Shown: positions 1 through 9,712 of the stretch, piece after piece
How the letters are laid out: each line of letters begins with the position of its first letter
Numbering within the stretch: the stretch's first letter is position 1
Assembly (NCBI GenBank): GCA_013265495.1
Contig: MU058384.1
Coordinates: forward strand, 4,682,922-4,702,921
DNA: 20,000 bases
Direction: 5' to 3'
Source: Vicugna vicugna
Taxonomy: Eukaryota
The notes under the pieces: generated by a model
What the model was told of the DNA's origin: nothing
Database searches by the model: none
What the model saw: only the letters and a program-made list of their open reading frames with translations
Made by a program: the position numbers and the translations under genes

Positions 1-469
1 TTATTTAAGAGATTGTGCCTTGAACACAAGCCATCAGAAACTACTCATAAAATAATATTTTTTTTATTTTTTTAAAAACTTATTTCAACCTTGGAAGTCA
101 GGGTGTGTTAATAATTTATAGCTAGGATTTAGAATTAATATGTAAGAAGAATAATTTGAGAACTTAGTAATTGCTTTTCCTTTGCCTGGAGTACTTATCC
201 TAGTTTACATAAGCATAATATTTTAATATCCTAATACTGATACTCATAAAGTATTTAATTTTAATTTTTAATGATATAAACTTCCAACATTAAAAACAGT
301 CAAGTAGATTCTACTACCCAGATATAATTCTCTTCATATTTACCTATTACCTTTTAGTTCTTATCCAAAGATTGTCTTACTTTTACATAGCTGCAATGCT
401 AGAGTAGATACACCCTATTCTAATAATTATTTCTATTTCCATGTTTTCTACAGTTTTAAGTCTCACTGT

Positions 470-590
470 AGAGGCAAACAATACTTTATCATGTCAATAT
501 AACATCATTTACTAATCATTTACTTTATGGTTATATATGTTGTTCATAATTTATTTGCTACTGAATATGATGCTACAATGAGTGTCTTCA
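470..590 (-). mobile_element. Possible highly decayed old L1 (L1ME-like) fragment
   Basis: 'tgttgttcataatttatttgctactgaatatgatgctacaatgagtgtctt' resembles the antisense of old L1 3' regions as I recall them; boundaries approximate. Confidence 0.35.
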
Positions 591-655
591 GTTTTTGGAG
601 GGTTTTACTATGACCAATAGTTTGTTCTATGTCTCTTCTGAAGTAGTTTAGGAGC

Positions 656-1138
656 TGTCAGGATCATAGCCAAAAGGTGATGGCATACTTCAAAGGGTTT
701 TTACCCAAGAGAGTTTAATGAAAGGACTATTTACCAGTGTGTGGGCAGGATAAACTGCACCCTCGAGGGAAGGTCAATTACATAGAAGCTAGCAAAAGTG
801 AGACACCGTTATCAACCGAATAAAACTAAAGTGCAGAGACAGAAAGTTTGGTAAGAGGTGGAACTGTGGACAGCGGGGTACCCAGTGATAAGCAGTGGCT
901 GTCGAGGAACACAGACATTACTAGAATTATGGTGAAGTTGAGAAAGGAGGGATAAACACCCCTACTTATCTCTCTTTCTGCTTTCCCATCTCCTGCTTTG
1001 CCATCAATTGGATGAACTTGACTGGAAGCCAGGAAGGTAGCGGGGAAGAGAGGGTGCCTAGTGATGCAGTCTATAGAGGGCAGCATAAAGAATGTATTTG
1101 CATGAGGAGGTGGGATGGTAGACATAAAAACTAGCACA
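656..1138 (-). mobile_element. Ancient ERVL-class solo LTR (LTR33/LTR41-group-like)
   Basis: Abrupt purine/GC-richer block bounded by TGT(656)...ACA(1138); 'gatggcatacttcaaaggg...gagagtttaatgaaaggactatttac...gtgtgggcagg' resembles this LTR group in antisense. TSD not clear (ggagc/gaaac). Confidence 0.6.
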
Positions 1139-1224
1139 GAAACCCTGTAGTTCATTAATTCAAAAACTGAAGCAGAACAATATTTATTTAAAGTTGTAAA
1201 TGTTTCTCAGAACACTCTGCCCCC

Positions 1225-1398
1225 TTTCCCGTTTTATTTTATTCCATAGCTTTTGCCATCTTTTAACATATTCTATAATGTATTGCTTTATTTTATTTAT
1301 TTTCTTTCTCTCTCACGAGAAAGTAAGCTCTTTGAAGGCAGAATTCTGTTTTTTCCCCAATGCTGTGACCTCAATATGTATTTGTTGAAGGAATGAAT
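1225..1398 (+). mobile_element. L2 LINE 3' end fragment
   Basis: 'gtaagctctttgaaggcaga...ctcaatatgtatttgttgaaggaatgaat' is the typical L2 3' terminus. Confidence 0.7.
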
Positions 1399-2025
1399 AT
1401 ATTAAGTAAGGCGAAGAAAAAGAATCTTCATATAGGACTCTTTAAAAATACAAATAACTGCAAAGGTAAGAGATTTACTCTACATATTTAAAAGTTATAA
1501 TATGGTTTTTTCAAAGCAAAGTCCTTGTACTTAAAACCATTTTCAAATGTTCTATAATATTCACAATAAATAATACAATAGGACTCAAATTTAATACATG
1601 CAAAAATATCCCTAATAATGCATATTTACTAATATGCATTAGTAAAATGAACAGAGTGCTTTCTTATTTAAAACTAACACCATTAATACAGTGTAATGCC
1701 AAAAGAGTTAACAGTAAAATAAATGCTTTATGTGAGTTAATTGTCTTTTAGAATGTCATATCTCTGAATTGAAAGCTAAGACACATAAATCACATTTTTA
1801 ACGCTGCTGCTTTTCTGTGCAAGCTTGGATCTTCTGTTTACCTGCATTCTTAAGATTAAAAAGTTTTGAGACTAACGGTTCCAGCATGAAGCAGATGTGT
1901 AATGTACATCCAGTCCCTGCTACGTGCCATGTACTCTGTAGAAGCATCATCACATACAAATTGTGACAGATTGATATTAACTAATGTGTTTCCCCTTTCA
2001 CCCCAACCTCCACCCCACCCTCAGA

Positions 2026-2145
2026 CACTAGAATTTAAGCTTCATAGTAACGGAGACCTTATCTTTCTTGTTCACCACTGTATCGCCAGCTGCTTCAATA
2101 GCACTTGGCACACAGTAGATGCTCAATAAATATTTGTTAAATAAA
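2026..2145 (+). mobile_element. L2 LINE 3' end fragment
   Basis: 'ctagaatttaagcttcat...ttgttcaccactgtatcgccag...tggcacacagtagatgctcaataaatatttgttaaataaa' matches the L2 tail. Confidence 0.8.
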
Positions 2146-2394
2146 AGTTTTCACTCCTTGGCAGCAAAACTGTATCAGGGAACTTAGGGACATTTTGTTT
2201 ACCTCAGAATAGCAAATGACTTTGTAATCAAATCAATAATAACAGAATCAACCTAATATATTGGACATTTAAAATACATTAGGCAACAATCAAGTGAACC
2301 AATCACATTGGTGACCATATTTAACTCTTAAAAAGTAAAAAATGATAACTATTACTATCAATCATTATAGTATTATCACTACATTTTTACTGAT

Positions 2395-2515
2395 GTTCCT
2401 TCCAGCAAATATTTGTAGATCCTTACTGCACCCAAGTAATGAACTTAAAAATTTAACAAGAGATGGTCTTTTCCCTTCAACGAGCTTATGAGTTAGCAAA
2501 GAAGACAAGACACAC
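2395..2515 (-). mobile_element. L2 fragment (antisense)
   Basis: 'cagcaaatatttg...tactg...aacaagagatggtc...cccttcaacgagcttat' resembles antisense L2 3' region. Confidence 0.45.
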
Positions 2516-2559
2516 TTGTGTAAGAGAGACAGAAGCAAAATGCCACTGAAACAGAGGAA

Positions 2560-2782
2560 GTTGAGTCAGATTACACGCTCAGGGTCTCCAATTCCCCACC
2601 TGGTAGCTGTTTGTCCTTAAGCATGGTACTTTCCCTTACAGCGACCGCTTCCGCAACATTAAAATAAGGACAATAGCACATACTTGATAGGGTTTTGTGA
2701 CAATTAAATAAAATAAAGTATATAATGTGCTTAGCAAAATACCAAACATACAGCAAGAACTCACTAAATGCCAGTTGTTAGT
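2560..2782 (+). mobile_element. MIR SINE
   Basis: Collinear with MIR: 'gagtcaga...tagctgtttgtccttaagca...aaaataaggacaatag...atagggttttgtgacaattaaa...tgcttagca...ctcactaaatg'. Confidence 0.75.
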
Positions 2783-4559
2783 GCTTCAGTTCCTATTAAA
2801 GGATTCTTCAACTTATTTAACTTTCATGCAGTCTGTTTTACATAAAGCTGATGAAACATTTGCTGGTATTACCTCTGATAATTGATCATTACAACCCATT
2901 CTTATTTAACTAATTAGTTTGGACAAAGAGTAACCTGCATCTGAACTTCACGGTATGTGTCTCAACAAACAAAATTATTACTCATTAATTAACATTACTG
3001 AGTAAGAAGTGATTATATGGGAAGTAGCTTTCTCAAGTTACTTCTCATCCAGTGAATTACGAGGAAAGCAGGGATTTTATTAAAAATGGAGAATTGTTAA
3101 TGAAACTGGGAACCTTTGCCAATCTGTGTAAATAACCTTTAACTATGAGAGTTTAGCTCACTAAACTGCAGAAATGTCTATCATATAATCCTATTTTCCA
3201 TTTACTTGCTTCTGGCACTATTCGAAACTTATTTCTCTCTAAGGTAACTATGTTTTGATCTATAAAATACTATCTTTAAACATAAATGTCTAGGTCAGAA
3301 AGTCATATAGAGCAAAATACTGTAGGAAATATGCTGGAATAGTGTAAGAATGATATAAAAATTGGATCAGTTATTAGTATTTGAGCAAGATTTTTTTCCC
3401 CTGGAAAGTAAAAGTCATTTGGTTTTTATGTTCACAGATGTAACATTTGAAGTATAAAACCAAAAGATTGATATTCTAATTCGGATATCATCACATAGCT
3501 ATGTAAAATCATTAAGAAGATTTATCTGGTGTATCTTGCATTTCAATCTGCTTTCTACTAATAAATATTTGAGAAACAAAAGCCAAAAAGTTCTAGGTAT
3601 TCAAGCATGCAATTAAAATTAGAAGTCTTCTGAAAAAAGTTTGATAGTGACATAATTGGCCTGGTTTCTATCCTATGCACATACAAAACTTTTGTCTCTG
3701 CATTTACCTTTATTATCGTAAAAGCATTAAAAAATGTAAATATGTGATAAAACTGCTAAAATTCTGGAACAACATTTTTAATCTAAAAAGTCAAAGTTGA
3801 TTTATTCCAGACATCATGTGACAGAAATGGTATATCAAAAAGAAGTACATACTATGAGATTTTTGCTGCAAAGAAGGTTCACATGTACTTTCAAAGGAAA
3901 AGAATAGGAAAAGTGAGCATCTTTAAATGTCTTCAAGATTAATGCTAAGGTACTCTGAATTGACCGTGTCACAAAATAGCACAGGAATGTGTAACTTAAT
4001 TTATAGTCTCTACATATTAAATGCTATGATTTTTAGAGACAGTTTTCACTTCAGCTATTTATTCAGATAGTATTTTTCCCCCAAATAATAATGTTTTTTT
4101 TCATCATTCTGTTTTAATCAGATTTAAGCACATGGCTGTAGCATGTTGAATTTGTAAGAAGCAAAGTCAGTCCAGTTTCAAGAGTTTGAGCTTCTTATTC
4201 CATATTTGAATTTATTTTTCCTGGAAAGGAAAAATAGTTATAGCAGTACTTGGGATGGTGCCATAAACATAGTGGAGGATTAATAGATATTTATCACTGT
4301 TGAAGTTAGAAGAAACACTGATCTGCACTCTGAACGGTATGTTGGAATAGGACCATATTGCTTGCACAAAAGTATAAACATTTTGTGAAGCATCTGAATC
4401 TTAGATAATTTTTGAAAATCATTATTTTGCAGGAGGTCTAATCTGCTGCAGAAAGGATAAAATGTTACTGATAATTGTGATTATGATGTATTAAAATACA
4501 AAGAACTGTTTAGAAAAGTAAACTCAACAGAATGCTGAGAATTCTTACTCTTTTGTATT

Positions 4560-5100
4560 ATCATCTGACTGGCCTTGGCAGCCGACCCAGAAGAGAACCT
4601 CAGATGTAGACTTGTAGGAGACAGGGAAGTAAGCCAAGGTTGTGGGGACAGGGCCAGCCTGATGGATAGCACTCCCCCCAATTTCAGCTTCTAAGGGGAC
4701 ACACCAAACTTGAGTCCAGTCTAGCTTAATGTTGTCATCATTTCAAATAAGCCAGGTGGGAGCATGGCACCAGAAATTGGTTATGTGGGAAATGTTATTA
4801 TCTAATGGATGACAGTTTTATGATTGGAGTGGGAAGGGTTGTCTGGGTTTTAAAGGGGTCTTAGCCAGTGGGCTGCGGAGAGAACACTGAGATACGATCC
4901 AGATCCCCCAGAGAGAAAGGGCTGGCAAGACTAGTGAGGTTCATTGGCCCAGACAACTTGGCTGGGGTTCAGGGCTGTAATCCATCACCAGCAACAAATG
5001 AAGTGCAAAGGCAGAACAGAGGCAAGAGTCTAGGTACACAGTAGAAATGGAGTCAAGACCAAGGAGCTTAACGTTGGTGGCCACATAGATGTTTACACAG
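4560..5100. mobile_element. Possible very old LTR-derived segment (family unassigned)
   Basis: GC/purine-richer island within AT-rich DNA with LTR-like texture; no termini or TSD identified. Confidence 0.25.
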
Positions 5101-5354
5101 GCTCACTCAACAGCATGCTTAGGGCAATAAATGAGTTCTAGACACTGATTACTGATAACAATGAAACTGCTGACATCCTGTCAAACTTGAGTCTCATTTG
5201 AGTAACAACTTGATGGTGTTGTGTCTATAGGTTGACGTCATGTAGTATCTGCTTGTTGGGCATGCCTATGCAAGAGCCGTCATTAACTTTTTTTCAAATT
5301 TTGGAATAAACTTAAATAAATCCAAAACTGTATTAAAATTGGCAATTCACTTAT

Positions 5355-5481
5355 ATACTAGAACGTCAGCTCCACAAAAGGTGCCTTTGTCTTTTCATTC
5401 ACTGAAGTATGCCATGTGCCTAGCTGCCACATGGGTGACATTCAACAGGCATTTGTCAAATTAAAGAATAAATTAGACAAA
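5355..5481 (+). mobile_element. L2 LINE 3' end fragment
   Basis: 'ctagaacgtcagctccac...ttcactgaagtat...tgcctag...cattcaacaggcatttgtcaaattaaagaataaat'. Confidence 0.65.
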
Positions 5482-5486
5482 TAGTA

Positions 5487-7200
5487 AGTGCCACACAAAT
5501 GACCTGAAAGCTTCTATATGCCCTGAAGGTGACCCTTATCTCCTGTAGCCACAGGGCTGAAATTGCTGAAAATCAAACTCAGAACTGTATTCCACAACTG
5601 GCTGAATGACAATGAACTCCCAACCCCACAGGGTGTCTACTGTTAAAGTGGAGGCATTGATTGGGAAGGGTGTGATCCTGAAAGTTAGAATGCGGATATG
5701 TGGGAAGATTCTGATGATGTTGGGGGTATTGGGCCCCGAAATTCTGATGAGTAAAAGCAACCTCTCCAACCCCAGTGGAAGAGATCTCTCCATCCCTGTT
5801 TGAGGAGATCAACTCTGCTTTGCCAGAGGAAACTGTAATGGCCTCCCCTGAGGCAGTTACCACGAAAACAAGGCTTAGTCTCCTCAGGACCTACTACTAC
5901 CACACCTCTTTGCTTCTAAACCTATAACTAGACTTAAGTCTCAGAAAGCCCTTAACAGTGAGGTATAAAATGTGACCTATGAGAGGTGTGCCACACTCAC
6001 AAAGACCAAACCAAAACAAAACTTAACTAGTTTTCTAGTTACTGTAAACAGAAATCCAGGGAATGTTTGTGGGAATGAATATTAAGATGTGGGATAATGG
6101 TAGAAGGAATATAAAATTGAATCAGGCTGAATTGATTGATACATACTCACTAAACAGAGATTTTGTATTTAATGATGTTGCAGCTTGGGGAGTTAGAAAG
6201 AGTTCTAACAGTCTGGTTGGTTGGTTGGCTGGCTGAAACATGGACCAAAAGGTGGTCCACAATGAGTGAGTTCAAAATGCTGACCTGTAGTAGAGAATAA
6301 CCTTTGTTTTGTTGGAGGTTTACAGGGACACCATGACCTGGCCCACAGGGACGGCTGCAAGAACAAAGAATGCCTGCAGCAAGAAGATTGCAGCAATCAA
6401 CCACACCCTCTCCCTTGTTTTGTTTTGTTTTGTTTGTATAAAAGGAGCTTGTATTCTGACTAGAAGAGGATGGTTCTCCAAGACATTAGTCGGCCATCCT
6501 CTAGGTCTGCCGGCTTTCCGAATAAAGTTGCTATTCCTTACCCCAATACCTTGTCTCCCGATTTATTGGCCTGTCGTGGGGCGAGCATAACAAGTTTGGA
6601 CTCGGCAACAGACCTGCCTTAGTTTAATGTAGGGAAGGAATTCAAAGGCTTAGAGCAACTGGAAGTTTACAATGGATTTGTCATTTAAGACTTATTCACT
6701 CTGGGAGTCACCAGAACGCATACCTCTCACCAGAACTGTGAGAAGTAAATTTGTGAGTGGAACTCTAGCATTCATGAATAGCTCTGTGGTCACTCCTCTC
6801 TTTAAGCCAGACCTTACAGTGGGAACTGTAATCATTGATCTTGGAAACGTAAATGCAGTAGGAGTAACTGGATCCCCAGGAGGGCAGGGGACAAGTGAAG
6901 GCACTCAACCACCAAAGGCAAGGTGGGTGTGATTACCATAATGGACCACAGAGTCAAAGCAGCAATCAGAATAGTCTCACTTGGACAGACCTATGGCATT
7001 GGCTAGTTGATCACGGTATTTCTAAAAGAGAAATAAACAGGAAATCTACTAAATTCTTACACTATCTGTATAAGCAAGAAAATTCTAAGTCATTTGAATA
7101 AAAATCTAAACTGATTCACAAAAACAGAGTCACAGTCTCTTAATCATTTCCCAGACTTGAGCCAGTTTATAGACCCAGAACCCCCTGAATGAAGGGGAGG
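5487..7200 (+). pseudogene. gag: ERVL gag remnant, 5'-truncated, interrupted by an LTR at 6286-6610
   Basis: Gag peptides listed above; removing the insert restores 'atgctgacctgccttagtttaatgtagggaaggaattcaaaggcttagag', a decayed form of the ERVL gag motif MPDLPWFNVEEGIQRLRE. Confidence 0.85.
6286..6610 (+). mobile_element. ERV1-class solo LTR (325 bp) nested in ERVL gag
   Basis: TGTAG...CAACA termini; perfect 4-bp TSD GACC (6282-6285 / 6611-6614); TATAAAA 6437-6443; AATAAA 6521-6526; several retained CpGs. A 4-bp TSD is typical of ERV1. Confidence 0.9.
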
Positions 7201-7269
7201 CCAAATTCTGCTGAGGAAGGACCTCAATAAACTGTCAAAAATGCATACTGTTAATCTTTCTCCTAGTTT

Positions 7270-7889
7270 TTCCCACAGGGAACTATAGCTCCTTACCAGG
7301 GAACCTGGGCACCGAAGAACAGGAAATAATCACATCTTTCCAGGACTACTAGAAATTGGTGCTGAACTGACACTAATTTCTGGAGACCCAAAACATCACT
7401 GTGGTCCCCAAAGTAGAGTCTTATGGAAGTCAGGTGGTCAATGAAGTCTTAGCTCAGGTCCATCTCACAGTGGACCCAGTGGGTCCCCAAAATTATCCAG
7501 TAGTTATTTTCCTATTTTTGGAACACATAATTAGAACAGATACAGTCAACAACTCGCAGAATTCTCACAATGTTTTCCTGACTTGTGCAGTAAGGGTTAC
7601 TAGGGTGGGGAAGGTCTAGTGGAAGCCACTAGATCTACTTTTACTTAGGAAAATATTAAACTGAAAGCAATACACCTTCCTTGAGGGGTTGCAGAGATTA
7701 GTGCTACCATGAAGAAAGGACATGAAAGATGCAGAGATGATGATTTCCACTACTTCCCCATTCAACTCACTTGGCTGTCTTACATAAAACATAGATGAAT
7801 CTAAAAGAATGCCAGTAGATTATTGTAAGCTTATAGATGTGGTGACTCCAATTGCCATACCAGATGTGGTTTCACTGGTTGAACAAATG
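7270..7889 (+). pseudogene. pol: ERVL protease and RT N-terminus remnant
   Basis: GLLEIGAELTLI at 7343-7378 (catalytic DTG decayed to EIG); VLAQVHLTVDPVGP; TTSPFNS; PDVVSLVEQ, after which similarity stops. Confidence 0.85.
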
Positions 7890-7894
7890 ATTAG

Positions 7895-8073
7895 CAGCCT
7901 TATTTGGTCTGGTCCAAAATGTCCATAAGACATTTGCTCCATGCCAAAAGATTAAAATCTGGTTCGCCCCAGAATGTCCATGAAATGATTTTGAACAGGA
8001 CCAAATATCAAGGACCTTTTGGCACAGACCAAATTTCTCCACAGATGTTTTGGACCAAAACCAAATATGACCA
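7895..8073. mobile_element. 179-bp foldback / MITE-like element with ~57-bp imperfect terminal inverted repeats (family unassigned)
   Basis: Left arm 7895-7950 cagccttatttggtctggtccaaaatgtccataagacatttgctccatgccaaaag vs reverse complement of 8016-8073 tggtcatatttggttttggtccaaaacatctgtggagaaatttggtctgtgccaaaag. No clear TSD. Confidence 0.75.
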
Positions 8074-8079
8074 ATTATC

Positions 8080-8802
8080 AGACCTCTGTGAACGGGCAAA
8101 AATCCTGAAGATATTTGTGTCCTATGTGAATGTTCACCAAAGGATGACCTCAGCAGAGGAAGATTTTAAAAATCAAGTGGATAGGATGACCTATTCTATG
8201 GATATCAGTCTCTTTCCCCCGCCAACCCCTATCATCACTCATTGGGCTCATGAAAACACTGGCCATAGTAACAGGGATACACAGGGGTTATACATGGGCT
8301 CAGCAACATGGATTTCCACTCACCAAGGCCAACCTGGCTACAGCCACTGCTGGGTACCCAATTTGCTAGCAGCAGAGACCAACACTGAATTCCTGATATG
8401 GCACCATCCCCTGGGGTAATCAGCCAGCTGTTTGGTAGAAGGTTGATAACATTGCATCCCTTCCATCATGGAAGGGGCAGAGTTTTGTTCTTACTGGAAT
8501 AAACACTGGATATGGATTTGCCTTCCCTCAATGAAAAGTTTCTGGCAAAACTACCATCTGCCAACTACAGAATATCTTATCCACCATCATGGTATCCCAC
8601 ACAGCATTGTTTCTGATCAAGGAACTCACTTCACAACAAATGAGGTATGGCAGTGGGCTCATGCTCATGGTATTCCCTAGTTTTCCTATGTCCCCCACCA
8701 TCCTGAAGCAATCAGCTTGAGAGAATGGTGTAATGGTCTTTTGAAGACTCAGTTACAGTGCCAGCTAGGTGCCAATGCCTTGCAGGGCTGGGGAAAGATT
8801 CT
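8080..8802 (+). pseudogene. pol: ERVL RNase H C-terminus and integrase remnant (3'-truncated)
   Basis: WAHENTGH (HH of the HHCC motif), decayed C..C, KVDNI..LPSWKGQSFVLTGI, SDQGTHF, YVPHHPEA, NGLLKTQLQCQLGANALQGWGKIL; stops and frameshifts present. Confidence 0.9.
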
Positions 8803-8989
8803 CTATTTTTGCTCATATCTTTCATAAAAGTGCACAGCCAACTTTGCATAATTTGCTTTAAAAACAATGATCAAAATGTATCAGATTCATCTGCTCCCAT
8901 GAGAAGGCAACATCATGACTAGGAAGGACTTAGGATCTCAGTACCCATTTGAAGATTTTCCAAAGGATCTGCCATAAAAAATACCTATA

Positions 8990-9712
8990 ATATTCAAGGC
9001 ACTGTCTTGGAGATACAAAAATTAATAAGATACATTGCTTTAAGGAGTTTATACCCTGGTGGAGCAGATGGAGAAGTGAAAAAAATGTAGTGTGATATGC
9101 ACAAGGGGTAAGGGTAATTTGAGATGACCCAGAATGTCACCTCATTCAGCCTACAGAACAGGGAAGGTTTACTAGAGGTAAGGCAGAAGAGCGCTTAGCG
9201 GAAGGTACACTTGCAAGGAAGAAGGGAGTTCCTGAGAGAGAGGAACTTGTGCATAGGTCCAGAGGTGAGAGCAAACAGGAATCATTCTAGAAACTGAAAA
9301 TGATCACCAGTATATTCCCAGCACCTAGAACAGTGCCTGACAAATAATCAGTATTTGCTAAGCAGATGAGTATAAGGAAGGAAAGTGGTAGCATATCATG
9401 TTGGAAAGGCACACAGGTGTCAGATCATGAAGAGTCTTCCTAGTATGTCAAGTTAAAGATTTTGAAGCTTATTCTGAAGGATATTGGAAATTAAAAAATC
9501 TAAGCATGATGGCCATGAACAGAGTTGCTGACAGTTACACACAGAATAGATTTAGAGGCACAACTGAAAGCAAGAAGTCTAGTAAGGAGGCCATCACAGG
9601 AATCCAAACAAGAAATAATGAGGGCTTGGGTAAAGGAAGCAGAAATAGGGAAATAATAAAGATCAACGAATTCTGGAGATGTTTAGGAAGTACAATGAAC
9701 AAGACTTGGGAA
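8990..9712 (-). mobile_element. L2 LINE fragment (antisense) containing a small sense L2 3' end at ~9303-9372
   Basis: 'aggcactgt...ggagatacaaaaattaataagata...aaggagtttata' and 'gtaaggaggccatcacaggaatcca...ataatgagggcttgg' are antisense-L2-like; 'tattcccagcacctagaacagtgcctgaca' is a sense L2 tail. Confidence 0.65.

Larger units (their letters stand above)
5487..8802 (+). mobile_element. Defective ERVL (HERV-L/ERVL-E-like) internal region: gag-pro-(deleted RT)-RNase H end-integrase; no flanking LTRs seen
   Basis: Frameshifted translations give ERVL-like peptides in the correct order: HRVSTVKV, EEINSALPEETVMASPEAV, LRMWDNGRRNIKLNQAE, RQGGCDYHNGPQSQSSNQNSLT (gag); GLLEIGAELTLISGDPKHHCGP (pro); TTSPFNS, VDYCKL (RT N-term); KIFVSYVNVHQRMTSAEEDFKNQVDRMT (RNase H end); HGIPHSIVSDQGTHFT (IN). 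Many stops and frameshifts. Confidence 0.95.

Noticed and set aside
826..1155. 109-aa ORF, and similar ORFs at 9506, 11734, 12322, 15383, 16303 and 17904
   Set aside because: All lie in decayed LTR, L2 or L1 sequence and show no protein-family features.
1437..1471. Strong donor AAG|GTAAGA with a possible ~30-nt exon
   Set aside because: Acceptor is weak and the peptide too short to evaluate.
5233..5240. Full CRE palindrome TGACGTCA
   Set aside because: Isolated 8-mer with no promoter context.
7895..8073. CRISPR-like array
   Set aside because: Subrepeats are degenerate, inverted between arms and lack unique spacers; mammalian context with no cas genes.
8468..8802. Domesticated or functional integrase
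   Set aside because: Frameshifts and in-frame stops (e.g. TAG at 8678-8680) plus 3' truncation.
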